From an uncultured Gemmatimonadales bacterium (lineage in GTDB: Bacteria > Gemmatimonadota > Gemmatimonadetes > Gemmatimonadales > GWC2-71-9), in the NCBI GenBank assembly GCA_963844035.1, contig CAWJMT010000036.1:32001-96000 (forward strand): DNA of 64,000 nt. The letters run 5' to 3'. Below, one piece after another: positions 9,661 to 19,357 of this stretch. Position numbers and translations under genes: made by a program. The stretch's first letter is position 1. Each line of letters begins with the position of its first letter. The notes under the pieces were generated by a model. That model worked only from the letters and a program-made list of their open reading frames with translations, was not told the origin of the DNA and did no database searches.

Positions 9661-10497
9661 CTAGGCCCTGACCTTGTCCTCGCCCCGGCTGGCCGGGAGC
9701 GTCTCTCCCGAGGTCTTGGCAGGCAGCGCGGGCGCGGCGGGTTCCTTCCTCGTACCGAGCAGCTCCAAGACCCCCCGGAACAAGTCGAGTGGGATCGGGA
9801 AGATCGTGGTCGAGTTGTTCTCCGAGGCGATTTCGGTCACCGTTTGCAAGTACCGCAGCTGGATCGCCGCGGGCTCGGACCCGATGATCCGCGCCGCCTG
9901 CGCCAGTTTCTCGGACGCCTGCAGCTCGCCCTCGGCATTGATGATCTTGGCGCGCCGCTCCCGCTCGGCTTCGGCCTGTCGTGCCATCGCGCGCTTCATC
10001 TCGGGCGGCAGGTCCACGTCTTTCACCTCGACCGCCGAGACCTCGACGCCCCAGTCTTCGGTGCGCTTGTCGATGATGTTCTTCAGGATGTCGTTGATCT
10101 TTTCGCGGTTCATCAGCAGCTCGTCCATCTGAGTTTCCCCCAGCACCGAGCGGAGCGTGGTCTGGGCGAGCTGGCTCGTCGCGTACAGATAGTTCTCGAC
10201 CCCGATGACGGCCTTCACCGCGTCCTTGACCCGCATGTAGAGAACGGCGTTCACCTTGAGGGAGATGTTGTCCTTGGTGATCACGTCCTGCGGCGGGATG
10301 TCGAGCGCGACGACGCGCAGCGAGACCTTTTGCATCTTGGCGAACACCGGCGGCAGGAAGATCAGCCCCGGGCCCTTGGCGCCCCACGACCGGCCGAGAA
10401 AGAAGTACACGGCGCGCTCGTATTCCCGCAGTACCCGCAGGCCGGCGAACAGGTACACGACGATGAAGCCGATGGCGGGAAGCAGCAATGTGCTCAT
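9661..10497 (-). CDS. SPFH/slipin (stomatin-like) protein
   Basis: [41 protein letters not shown]. Confidence 0.93.
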   Translation of the reverse strand: MSTLLLPAIGFIVVYLFAGLRVLREYERAVYFFLGRSWGAKGPGLIFLPPVFAKMQKVSLRVVALDIPPQDVITKDNISLKVNAVLYMRVKDAVKAVIGVENYLYATSQLAQTTLRSVLGETQMDELLMNREKINDILKNIIDKRTEDWGVEVSAVEVKDVDLPPEMKRAMARQAEAERERRAKIINAEGELQASEKLAQAARIIGSEPAAIQLRYLQTVTEIASENNSTTIFPIPLDLFRGVLELLGTRKEPAAPALPAKTSGETLPASRGEDKVRA

Positions 10498-10510
10498 GAT
10501 CGGTATCTCC

Positions 10511-11719
10511 TCAGGCCGGGTACGCTTCGACGATCACTGCCGCGCCCTGGCCACCGCCGATACAGGCGGCACCGAGCCCGAACCGCTGTTTGCGCTCGCG
10601 CAGCGCGTGCAGCAGATGGATGGTGATACGCGTGCCGGTCGCCGCGAGCGGGTGCCCCAGCGCGATGCCGCCACCGTGCACGTTGGTCCGCGCGCGGTCC
10701 AACCCCAGCTCGCGTTCCACCGCGAGATACTGCGGCGCGAACGCTTCGTTCACTTCGACCAGATCCATCTGCTCGAGCTGCATCGCTGCCTTCGCGAGCG
10801 CCTTCCGCGCGGCCGGAGCGGGACCGATGCCCATGACGCTGGGCTCCACCCCGACCACCGCCCAGGCGACGAGCCGGCCCAGCGGCTTGAGGCCGCGCGC
10901 CTGTGCGAAGGCAGCGCCGGCGATTACGGTGGCGGCCGCGCCGTCGACGATCCCCGAGGCGTTCCCGGCGGTCACGAGTCCGTCCTTCTTGAAATATGGT
11001 TTGAGGCCGCGTAGCACCTCGAGGGTCGTCGCGGGCCGCATGTGCTCGTCCGCTCGGAACTCCGTTGCCTCACCCTTCTTACCCTTTACCGGGACGGCGA
11101 TCACCTCGTTCTGGAACATGCACGCGTCCCACGCCTGCTTGGCGCGCTGTTGCGAGGTGAGCGCCACCTGGTCCACCTCGTCGCGCGTGAGGTGGTAGCG
11201 CTCCGCGAGGCGCTCGGCGGTTTCGGCCATCGACAGCCCGCACTCCGGGTCGCGCAGCGCTTCCCACAGCAGGTCCTCGAGCGGCGCGGCGGGACCGAGC
11301 CTGATGCCCCAACGGGCGCCGCGCACCACGTGGGGCGCCTGGCTCATGGACTCCGTCCCTCCGGCGAGCACCGCGTCCGCTTCGCCGAGCAGGATCAGCT
11401 GGGCGCCCTGCGTGATCGCTTCGAACCCCGAGCCGCACAGCCGGTTGACGGTCACGGCGGGCACCTCGATCGGCAGGCCGGCCTTGAGCCCGACGTGGCG
11501 CGCGCAGTAGATCGCGTCGGCCGACGTCTGGAGCGCGTTGCCGAACACCGTGTGGCCGATTTCTCCGGCGGGCACTCCCGAGCGCTCGATGGCGTGACGC
11601 GCGGCCACGGCTCCCAACTCGGTGGCGGACAGATCCTTGAGCGTGCCCCCGAAGGCCCCGAAGCCCGTGCGGACTCCGGAGAGAAAGACGACGTCTGTGG
11701 TGGATCCTTGGGTTTTCAT
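10511..11719 (-). CDS. Acetyl-CoA C-acyltransferase (thiolase)
   Basis: [45 protein letters not shown]; start at ATG 11719. Confidence 0.93.
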   Translation of the reverse strand: MKTQGSTTDVVFLSGVRTGFGAFGGTLKDLSATELGAVAARHAIERSGVPAGEIGHTVFGNALQTSADAIYCARHVGLKAGLPIEVPAVTVNRLCGSGFEAITQGAQLILLGEADAVLAGGTESMSQAPHVVRGARWGIRLGPAAPLEDLLWEALRDPECGLSMAETAERLAERYHLTRDEVDQVALTSQQRAKQAWDACMFQNEVIAVPVKGKKGEATEFRADEHMRPATTLEVLRGLKPYFKKDGLVTAGNASGIVDGAAATVIAGAAFAQARGLKPLGRLVAWAVVGVEPSVMGIGPAPAARKALAKAAMQLEQMDLVEVNEAFAPQYLAVERELGLDRARTNVHGGGIALGHPLAATGTRITIHLLHALRERKQRFGLGAACIGGGQGAAVIVEAYPA

Positions 11720-11742
11720 GGTGGGAAGCTCCGTGCGTCCTC

Positions 11743-12777
11743 TCAGAGGGCGGAATATACCGCCGCGGCGACCTCCTTGGTTGTCGCGGTTCCTCCCACA
11801 TCCGGGGTCCTGATACCCGCCGCCAGCGTGTCCCGCGCCGCCCGTTCCAAATCGCGTGCGGCGGCCGCCTGGCCGAGATGTTCGAACATCAGCGCGCCCG
11901 TGAGGATGGCGGCGATCGGGTTCGCCACGCCCTTCCCTGCGAGATCGGGTGCCGAGCCGTGCACGGGCTCGAACAGCCCCGGACGCCCGGGGTGCAGGTT
12001 CGCGCTCGCCGCGACGCCGAGCCCGCCCACGAGCCCCGCGCCCAGGTCCGAGAGAATGTCGCCGAACAGGTTGTTCGTGACGATCACCTGGAACCGCTCG
12101 GGTTCGCGCACCAGCTCGAGCGCGAGTGTGTCGATGAAGCGGCGTTCGGAGGTGATGGCGGGATGCTCCGCCGCCACCTGCGTGAACTTCTCCTCCCAGA
12201 TCCGGTGCGCGGGGATCGCGTTCGATTTGTCGCCCATGGTCACGAGGGTGCGGCCGTGCACCTTGGCCCATTCGAACGCGGCGCGGATGATGCGCTCCAC
12301 GCCCTTCGCGGTGTTCACTTCTTCCGCGATATACTCGTCGCCGTCGATTCGCCCCCGGGCGCCGTAGAGCCCCTCGGTGTTTTCACGGAAGATGACGAAA
12401 TCAATTGGGTGGCCGGACCGAAGTGCCGCCAAATCCCTGTGGAGCAACTGTACCGGTCGGAAGTTGACGTACAAATCGAGCCGGACCCTGAGCCCCAGGA
12501 GAATGTCGCGCGCATGCTCATTGCCGGGCACCCGCGGATCGCCGAACGCGCCGACGAGGATCGCGTCCACGTCGTCCCGCAGGTGGCGGAACGCCGCTTC
12601 GGGGAGTGTTTCTTTCGTCCGGAGGAAATGATCGGCGGAGTACGGCAGCCGCTCGAGGGCGAGCGCAAAACGGTGCTTCGCCGCCGCGCGCTCGAGCACC
12701 GGGATCGCCGCCTCGATCACCTCGGGCCCGATTCCGTCCCCGGCGATCACGGCGACCCGGTACTTCACACCGGCCAC
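11743..12777 (-). CDS. Isocitrate/isopropylmalate/tartrate dehydrogenase family protein
   Basis: GDGIGPEV, RENTEG, NLFGDILSD, FEPVHGSAPD, ANPIA. Confidence 0.9.
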   Translation of the reverse strand: MAGVKYRVAVIAGDGIGPEVIEAAIPVLERAAAKHRFALALERLPYSADHFLRTKETLPEAAFRHLRDDVDAILVGAFGDPRVPGNEHARDILLGLRVRLDLYVNFRPVQLLHRDLAALRSGHPIDFVIFRENTEGLYGARGRIDGDEYIAEEVNTAKGVERIIRAAFEWAKVHGRTLVTMGDKSNAIPAHRIWEEKFTQVAAEHPAITSERRFIDTLALELVREPERFQVIVTNNLFGDILSDLGAGLVGGLGVAASANLHPGRPGLFEPVHGSAPDLAGKGVANPIAAILTGALMFEHLGQAAAARDLERAARDTLAAGIRTPDVGGTATTKEVAAAVYSAL

Positions 12778-12778
12778 G

Positions 12779-13462
12779 TCACTCGAATCCCGTGGAGCGC
12801 CCGCAGCTCACGCAGTACCCCCAGCCCACGTCCACTTCACTGCCGCAGGCCGGGCAGCGCAGCTCGCCCGACGGCGGCTGGCCGCAGTGCGGGCAGAAGT
12901 TCACCTTGCGGGCACCCGGGAGGGTGCCGCCACAGTAGGCGCACTGCAGGCTCTGCGTTTCCGACTCATCCAGGGAGAAATGCGACGAGGAAGCCGGCCT
13001 GGGTCTGACCTCCGGCACGGACTCTTCTTCCTCTTCTTCATCCTCTTCGTCTACCTCTACGCCAATGCGACCCGACTCGCCGGGCTCGAGGACCGGCGGG
13101 GCAAAGGCGCGTTCCCCCTTGAGGAACCGTTCCGCCGCGATCCGGTTGATCATCACCAGGACCTCGGGGAAGTTGCGGAACAGGCCCGCATCGGGATTGC
13201 TGGCGGCGGCTTCACGCTGCAGCGCTTCGCGCACGTCCACCGGCTCGAGGCGGGCGTAGCCGCGCTCCCCGGAGAGCAGCCGTAACACCGTCATCTCGTA
13301 GTCCTGGTGGGTCGCGACGTTCAGCCGCGCCCGGTTGGACCGGTAGGGCACCAGCCGCTCATACAGCTCGGCGGCGACGAACGGCGTGGCGAGCCGACCC
13401 GGCCCGGACTCGGCCAGTGCCTCGACGAGACGCCCGAAGAGGCGGTCGAGTTCATCCGCCAT
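12779..13462 (-). CDS. Double zinc-ribbon domain protein
   Basis: C-terminal CAYC/CPHC/CPAC/CVSC after an acidic linker. Confidence 0.75.
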   Translation of the reverse strand: MADELDRLFGRLVEALAESGPGRLATPFVAAELYERLVPYRSNRARLNVATHQDYEMTVLRLLSGERGYARLEPVDVREALQREAAASNPDAGLFRNFPEVLVMINRIAAERFLKGERAFAPPVLEPGESGRIGVEVDEEDEEEEEESVPEVRPRPASSSHFSLDESETQSLQCAYCGGTLPGARKVNFCPHCGQPPSGELRCPACGSEVDVGWGYCVSCGRSTGFE

Positions 13463-13498
13463 GCAGTACCCCTCCCACTTCCCCCGTCCCCCGTCCCC

Positions 13499-14002
13499 TC
13501 ATCGCCACTCTTTCACCCACCGGTCGTACAGCACCGGGGTGACGCCTCCTTGCCCGAGCACCTCGATCCCCGATGGATCCCGGTACGCCTTGCGATAGAA
13601 CACGTGAGACACGCCGGAATTGATGATCAGCTTGGCACACATCACGCAGGGGGACGCGCTGATGAACATCACCTTGTCGCGCACGTTGCCGGGCGCTTTG
13701 ACGAGCGCGTTCATCTCGGAGTGAATGCAGCCGCAGCTTCCGGGCACCGAGGAATCGCACTTGTTCGGCAGCCCACGCGCGTTCCCGTTGTAGCCGATCG
13801 CGAGCACGTTCTCGAGCAACTGGTCGGTGATCACCGATCCCACCTGCAGGCGCACGCAGGTCGAACGCTTGGCGAGCTCTTCCGCCATCCGCATATAGAC
13901 CTCGTACAGCGGAATCCGCTCGACCCGCGGCGCCACTGCGCCGTCGGCGAGGACGTTCAAGCCGTGGGTGTTCGCGAGCACGTCATCCTTATGAACGCTC
14001 AT
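13499..14002 (-). CDS. dCMP deaminase family protein
   Basis: RSTC...VG, GYNG, HSEMNA, SPCVMC. Confidence 0.9.
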   Translation of the reverse strand: MSVHKDDVLANTHGLNVLADGAVAPRVERIPLYEVYMRMAEELAKRSTCVRLQVGSVITDQLLENVLAIGYNGNARGLPNKCDSSVPGSCGCIHSEMNALVKAPGNVRDKVMFISASPCVMCAKLIINSGVSHVFYRKAYRDPSGIEVLGQGGVTPVLYDRWVKEWR

Positions 14003-14573
14003 GCAGCTCCAGGTCCGGATCGTAGTTTGCGTAATTGCCTCGCTCCCGTTGCTGCCTGAGCCAGGCGTCGAAGTTCGACGGGATCAGCCCGTTCGAGCGC
14101 TGCTGCTGCTCTGCGGCCTGCACCGCGCGCACGTTGGCGTACTCATTCTTCGGGTGCCCGGCATGGCCGCGCACCCAGCGCCATTGGACCGTGTGCCCGG
14201 CTTCCGCCTGCACCAGCTTCTGCCACAGCTCCAGATTGTCGACCGGGCCGGTCTTCCGTTTCCAGCCGCGCGCCTGCCAGTCCTTGACCCATTCCGACAT
14301 GCCCTTGATGAGGTACTCGGAGTCGGAAACGTACACCGCGTCCACGCGCTGCCACCGCCGCCGCAGCCATTCCAGCACCGCGATCGCGCCCGCGAGCGCC
14401 ATTTTCTGGTTGGTCGTGTTGGGCGAGCATTCGAAGAAATCCCATCGGGCCAGGCTGTCCCCCGCCGGGACCTCGATCAGGGCGGCGTTGCCGCCCGGAT
14501 TGGGGGGCTCGGTGCCGTTTCCCAGGCAGCTCTCGTCCGCATGGACCAGCACGCGGTTGAGTGGCTCGGCCAT
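13989..14573 (-). CDS. rnhA: Ribonuclease HI
   Basis: DESCLGN, TTNQKM, SDSEY, NLELW, WVRGHAGHPKNE. Confidence 0.88.
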   Translation of the reverse strand: MAEPLNRVLVHADESCLGNGTEPPNPGGNAALIEVPAGDSLARWDFFECSPNTTNQKMALAGAIAVLEWLRRRWQRVDAVYVSDSEYLIKGMSEWVKDWQARGWKRKTGPVDNLELWQKLVQAEAGHTVQWRWVRGHAGHPKNEYANVRAVQAAEQQQRSNGLIPSNFDAWLRQQRERGNYANYDPDLELHERS

Positions 14574-14574
14574 C

Positions 14575-15318
14575 CTAGGGCTGCACCACCACGGGAATGT
14601 CGGTGTGCAGGAGGATCTCCTCGACGTGCGAGACGCCGGCGATGCTCGCCCTGCCTTCTCGCTGCTCCATGTGCGCGCCGGCGAACAAGGCGTCGCAGCC
14701 GACCCGCTCGACCACGCGCGCGATCACCTCGCCTGGCGCGCCCGCCTCCACGTGCGAGCCGAACGCGACGCGCTGCAGCGACAGCGCCGCTTCCGCCGCG
14801 CCCAGGACCTTGAGACCCGCCTCGTGGTCGGTAGCGGCATGGATCACGTGCACCGTGCTGTTCGCGACGCTCGCGAACCGGACCGCCAGCTCGAGCGCGC
14901 GCTGGCTCGTTTCCCTGCCGTCGAATGCGACGGCGCAGGTGCGCATCGGCGAGGGCAACCCGGCACATGCGATCACACACCGCCCGGCGTGGCGGATCAG
15001 GGACCGGGCGGTCGTCCCGAGCGCCTGCTCAGTGTTCGTGCCACGCCGCCCTATCAGCACGGCGTCCGCGTCCTGAGCGAGCGTCGCGAGCACCGAGTCG
15101 GGGCTGCCGGTCTCCTCCACCAGCTCGCTTTGCAGGTCGGCCGCCAGCAGGCGTTCGTGGGCGCGGTCGAGCATGGCGCTGCCGTCCTCGCCGCCCGGCT
15201 CGCGCACGTGCGCGACGACGACTGTGCTCTGAAACCGCGCGCCCAGCAGCACCGCCTGCTCGAGTGCCGCGTCCGCGCGGGGGCTTCCGTCGAGGCCTAC
15301 CAACAGGCGGGTGAACAC
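14575..15318 (-). CDS. Universal stress protein (tandem Usp)
   Basis: LLVGLDGS, VLIGRRG, VAFDG, IPVVV. Confidence 0.85.
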   Translation of the reverse strand: MFTRLLVGLDGSPRADAALEQAVLLGARFQSTVVVAHVREPGGEDGSAMLDRAHERLLAADLQSELVEETGSPDSVLATLAQDADAVLIGRRGTNTEQALGTTARSLIRHAGRCVIACAGLPSPMRTCAVAFDGRETSQRALELAVRFASVANSTVHVIHAATDHEAGLKVLGAAEAALSLQRVAFGSHVEAGAPGEVIARVVERVGCDALFAGAHMEQREGRASIAGVSHVEEILLHTDIPVVVQP

Positions 15319-15320
15319 GG

Positions 15321-15557
15321 CTACGGCAGCACCGCGAAGGTCTCGAGCTCGCGCAGCGGGAACGCCAGGATTTCGCCGGTCATGGGGAGACGTCCCTCGA
15401 GGCGCTCGTCGCGGGCGCCGGTGTCGAGCCGGATCGCGACGACCACGTAGTCGGTGCCGCGGCGCCGGAGCGCGACGCGCCGGTGCTCCCGCACGGCGCG
15501 CTCCAGCGCATCCAGGGCATCCGGCGTGAGGTCGCGATACTCAGGGATGACGGGCAT
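15321..15557 (-). CDS. Small hypothetical protein
   Basis: Fills the operon gap between selD and the USP gene. Confidence 0.6.
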   Translation of the reverse strand: MPVIPEYRDLTPDALDALERAVREHRRVALRRRGTDYVVVAIRLDTGARDERLEGRLPMTGEILAFPLRELETFAVLP

Positions 15558-15566
15558 GCCGCAACG

Positions 15567-16643
15567 CTACGCCGCCTGGCGCCGCACAGTGATGGCTCCC
15601 GCGCTGCCCGCCGTCACCGTGCCGACGCGCGCGTAGCTATTTCCGGGCACGTGCGATAGGCGACCGAACGCCGCAGCGAGCGCGTCGGCGCGCTCCGGCG
15701 GCACGGCAATGAGCAGGCCGCCCGATGTCTGGGCGTCGCACAGCAGGAGGCGTTCCACCTCACTCACCTCGGGAGCGAACGTGACCGCGTCCTTGAGGCT
15801 CTCGAGGTTGCGCCTGGTTCCGCCGGCGATCGCCCCGCGCTCTGCCAGCTCCCGTGCGCCGGGCAGCAGTGGCACGCGCTCAGCCTCGATGGCCGCCGAG
15901 ACACCGCTGGCGCGCAGCATGTTGTGCAGGTGGCCGAGCAGGCCGAACCCCGTGACATCCGTCGCCGCGTGCACGCCGACTTCGACCATGGCGCGGGCCG
16001 CTTCGGCGTTCAGCGTCGTCATCACGGTGACGGCGCGCTGCAGCTCGGCCTCGTCGATGAGATCGCGCTTCAAGGCGGTGGTGAGCACGCCCGTCCCGAT
16101 CTCCTTGGTCAGCACGAGCACGTCGCCGGGCTTGGCGCCGGCGTTCGTCACTACACGGTCGGGATGGACCTCGCCGATCGCCACCATACCGAACTTCGGC
16201 TCCGGGTCATCTATGGAGTGGCCGCCGACGATGAACGCCCCCGCCGCGCGAACGACGTCGGCCCCGCCGCGGAGCACGTCACCCAGCAGCGCGAACGGCA
16301 GGTTCTCGCGCGGCCAGCCGACCAGGTTGAGTGTGAACAGCGGCGTTCCCCCCATCGCGTAGATGTCCGACAGGGCGTTGGTCGCGGCGATGCGGCCGAA
16401 GTCGTATGCCGAGTCCACGATGGGGGTGAAGAAATCCACCGTCGCGACCAGCGCGCGGTCGGGCGTCATCCGAAACACGGCGGCGTCATCGCGAGTGGAG
16501 GCGTCTACCAGAATGCGCGGGTCGGTAGCCAGGGGGATGTGGCGCAGCACCTGCGCCAGGTCGGAGGGGCCGAGTTTGCACGCGCAGCCGGCGCCGTGCG
16601 ACAGGGCCGTGAGTCGAATCGTCGTCGGGGGTGCGGTCACCAT
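15567..16643 (-). CDS. selD: Selenide, water dikinase (Cys form)
   Basis: SHGAGCACK, DDAAV, TVDFFTP, GGHSIDD, TDVTGFGL, DAQTSGGLL. Confidence 0.95.
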   Translation of the reverse strand: MVTAPPTTIRLTALSHGAGCACKLGPSDLAQVLRHIPLATDPRILVDASTRDDAAVFRMTPDRALVATVDFFTPIVDSAYDFGRIAATNALSDIYAMGGTPLFTLNLVGWPRENLPFALLGDVLRGGADVVRAAGAFIVGGHSIDDPEPKFGMVAIGEVHPDRVVTNAGAKPGDVLVLTKEIGTGVLTTALKRDLIDEAELQRAVTVMTTLNAEAARAMVEVGVHAATDVTGFGLLGHLHNMLRASGVSAAIEAERVPLLPGARELAERGAIAGGTRRNLESLKDAVTFAPEVSEVERLLLCDAQTSGGLLIAVPPERADALAAAFGRLSHVPGNSYARVGTVTAGSAGAITVRRQAA

Positions 16644-16660
16644 CGTCAACCGAAGATAGC

Positions 16661-17020
16661 CTATCCCAATCTCCAGGCGAGGATGGCGCCGGCCACCAGG
16701 TAGCGCACGAGATCAGTGGAGAGGCCGAGGAGCGACGAGCGCGACACGGTCCAGGCCGGGACGGTCGCGAGCGCGCCGACCAGCAGGAAGACGAGCCACC
16801 ACGCACCGCTTCCCAGGGTGTCGAACCAGAGCGAGCCCAACAGGGTGAGCAATCCGGCTTCCACGAGCCGGGACTTGAGCAGCGGCAACGGCACTCCCAC
16901 CATCCACGACGGTTCCTGGCCCTCCTGCCGTGACGCCAGACTGACGAGACCCGCGCTGGCCGCGGTGGCGAGCAGGAACCATAGGGTCACCAGCATCCAC
17001 GCGAGCACGAGACGGGTCAA
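16661..17020 (-). CDS. Small hypothetical membrane protein
   Basis: TTG start overlapping the upstream stop; about four hydrophobic segments. Confidence 0.6.
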   Translation of the reverse strand: MTRLVLAWMLVTLWFLLATAASAGLVSLASRQEGQEPSWMVGVPLPLLKSRLVEAGLLTLLGSLWFDTLGSGAWWLVFLLVGALATVPAWTVSRSSLLGLSTDLVRYLVAGAILAWRLG

Positions 17021-18382
17021 CGCGTCCAGGTTCTCCGCAGCGAATCGGGGTACAGGATCCGCCCGCGGCTCATCACCCAGGCGATATCCCGCGTGGCCGC
17101 GATGTCGTCCATCGGGCTGGCATTCAACACGACCAGGTCGGCCACGGCGCCGGGAGCGATGCGGCCGAGCGAGTCGGCATGGAGCAGCTCCGCGCCCTTC
17201 CTGGTGGCGGCGTTGAGCGCCTCGCTCGCCGTGAAGCCGGCGTCCACGAGCATCTCGAGTTCGTCGTGCAGCGCCGCGCCCGGGACGAGCAGCGTGCTTG
17301 CCGCGTCGGTCCCCGCGGCGACGAGGCCTCCAGCCCGTTTGAACTCGCGGACAAACTGATCCTGGCGGGCACGCGCGCGGCGGAACGCGGCGAAGTGCTC
17401 CGGGGCCCATCCGGTTTCCGCGAGCAATCGCGCGACGTCGCGCACGCTGGCGGCGGATGCGGGAACGTCACCCATCGTGGGACGGGTGCGGAGCGCGATG
17501 TCGTTCCAGTGGGAGCGCATCTCGTGTTGTATGAGCGTGGGGACCAACGCGACATGAGTGGCGGCCAGCGCCTGGGCCGTGCTTGCCACGGTGGCCGAGT
17601 CGAGCAGGCCCCACTGGCCTTCCTCCAGGGCCCAGCCCGCGAACGGGCGCGCATGCGCCTGAAAGTAGGGTGCCGGGTTGGGCACGCTCGCTTGCACGAT
17701 CCCCGCCAGCTGCTCGATCGAACGCACACCCGCGCGCGCGACGCTGAGCGCGTCCATCATCCCCGGATGGGCGGCGACCGCCATCCGGAGCGTCTGGGCT
17801 TCGCGCATGATCGTGGGCATGAGGAGCGGCGTGATGCGGCCGTGAATCGCCACATAGTCCGCACCGGCGGCGCCCCGCAGGTCGACCGCGCGCCGCGCTT
17901 CCACGTCGGTGGTCACGCTCGTCGCCCTGGGACTCTCGGGCGGGCACGCCGTCGATGATCGGGCCCGACGTGAACATCCGGGGGCCGGTCAGCGTGCCGA
18001 GGTTGAGGTCGTTCTTGACCGCGAACACCGAGTCGCCGCCGGCGCCGAGATCGCGTACGGTGGTGACTCCCCAGGCGAGATACCGCGGAGCGGCCCAGCG
18101 CTCGACGCGCGCATGGGCATCGATGAGCCCCGGGATGATGGTCTTGCCCGCCAGGCTCACACGCACGGCCCCGCGCGGCACGGCAATCTCATCGCCGCGG
18201 CCGACCGCCTGGATGTGGCCGTCTTTGATCAGGATGATCGATTCGCGAATGGGGGGCCCGCCGCTGCCGCTCAGCAGGGTCGCTCCCTCGAGGACGACGA
18301 CGCCTTCGCCCGCGGGAGTGCACGCCGCGAGGCAGCAGACGATGAGTAAGGCTGCCCGCCTGCCCGCCTTCCCGCCTGTCAC
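17017..18382 (-). CDS. Amidohydrolase-family lipoprotein (apparent frameshift near 17930)
   Basis: LAAC lipobox, GKTIIPGLIDAH, GVTTVRDLG; C-half GTDA, GRIAPGAVADLVVL in another frame. Confidence 0.82.
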
Positions 18383-18834
18383 TTCGGATCCGACGAAGAG
18401 TGATCGTGGATGATGAGCCACCGGTCGCCTCGTTTCGCGAGGATCAGGGTGAACGGCCCGCTGGCGATCACGTGCCCTGCCCGATGGAGCGCGAAGCGCG
18501 CAGTGCACAACACCAGGTCGGTTGTGAGCGGCCGTACGCGCACCTCGCCGAACGCGAGTGAGTCGCGTGACTTGCCGGGAGCGAAGTAGTGCTTTTGGTA
18601 AATGTCGTAGATCGGCTGCCAACCGTACTGCACGTGGCCACCCGCCACAAAGCTGGTCAGGGAATCGCGGGCGTAGTCGTTCATGAACTCCGCGAGGTCG
18701 CCTCGATTCCACGCGGTGGCGCTCCGCGTCAGCTGCGCGCTGACCTCGACCTGCGGGTCGCCGCGCGGGGCGGGAGGCGCGGAGCACGCGCCCAACATCG
18801 CCAGCGCCCAAACGCAACGCGGGAGCGCCCTCAT
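18379..18834 (-). CDS. NTF2-like/DUF4440 lipoprotein
   Basis: LGAC lipobox, AWNRGDL, FTLI...WLIIHDHSS. Confidence 0.82.
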   Translation of the reverse strand: MRALPRCVWALAMLGACSAPPAPRGDPQVEVSAQLTRSATAWNRGDLAEFMNDYARDSLTSFVAGGHVQYGWQPIYDIYQKHYFAPGKSRDSLAFGEVRVRPLTTDLVLCTARFALHRAGHVIASGPFTLILAKRGDRWLIIHDHSSSDPK

Positions 18835-18890
18835 GGAGATGGCTGCTGCCATCCGGAAGGCGCTCCCGCTGCTTGGGCGCTGAAAAGAAA

Positions 18891-19178
18891 CTAGCGGCGT
18901 TTCCGCTTGCCTTTGGCGCGCTTCGCCTTGGCCTTCGGGCGCTTGCTCTTCGCCTTCTTCGCCTTCTTCGCTTTCTTCACCTTCTTCTTCGTCGCCTTCC
19001 TCTTGGCCTTCGGTCGCGCGGCCTTTTTCGCCTTCGGCTTCCGCGCCGGCATGCTGGACTCCTCCGCCATCGGGGAGGGCGAGGGAGTGGACGGCATCGA
19101 GGGCATCGAGGGCATCAGCGGCTCCATCATGCCTGGGCCGGTCCAGCCACTCTCCGAAAAATCGGTCTGCTGACGCAT
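18891..19178 (-). CDS. Lys/Ala/Arg-rich histone H1-like basic protein
   Basis: GGAGGAG RBS then ATG 19178; MPS repeats followed by about 50 aa of K/A/R. Confidence 0.7.
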   Translation of the reverse strand: MRQQTDFSESGWTGPGMMEPLMPSMPSMPSTPSPSPMAEESSMPARKPKAKKAARPKAKRKATKKKVKKAKKAKKAKSKRPKAKAKRAKGKRKRR

Positions 19179-19357
19179 CGGATCACTCCTCCGCATGGTG
19201 GTCGGTGGGCGTGGCCTATAGCTTACGCACCGAAGCGTGCGACGCAAGTGACGGAGCGCACCGGCCCCGTGTGGGGCGACCTCCCGCAGCCGTGCCGGTG
19301 CTCGGGAGGACAAGTTAGCTTGACAACGGGAGTTACGTGGACTTAGGTTCGCGCCGC

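Noticed and set aside
13499..14573. dCMP deaminase + RNase H as an anti-phage or retroelement system
   Set aside because: Both look like ordinary housekeeping enzymes in a mixed operon. There is no reverse transcriptase, kinase fusion or defence-island context.
15567..16643. Selenocysteine recoding at selD
   Set aside because: The active-site residue is Cys (GAGCACK). No in-frame TGA, selA/selB or tRNA-Sec was seen.
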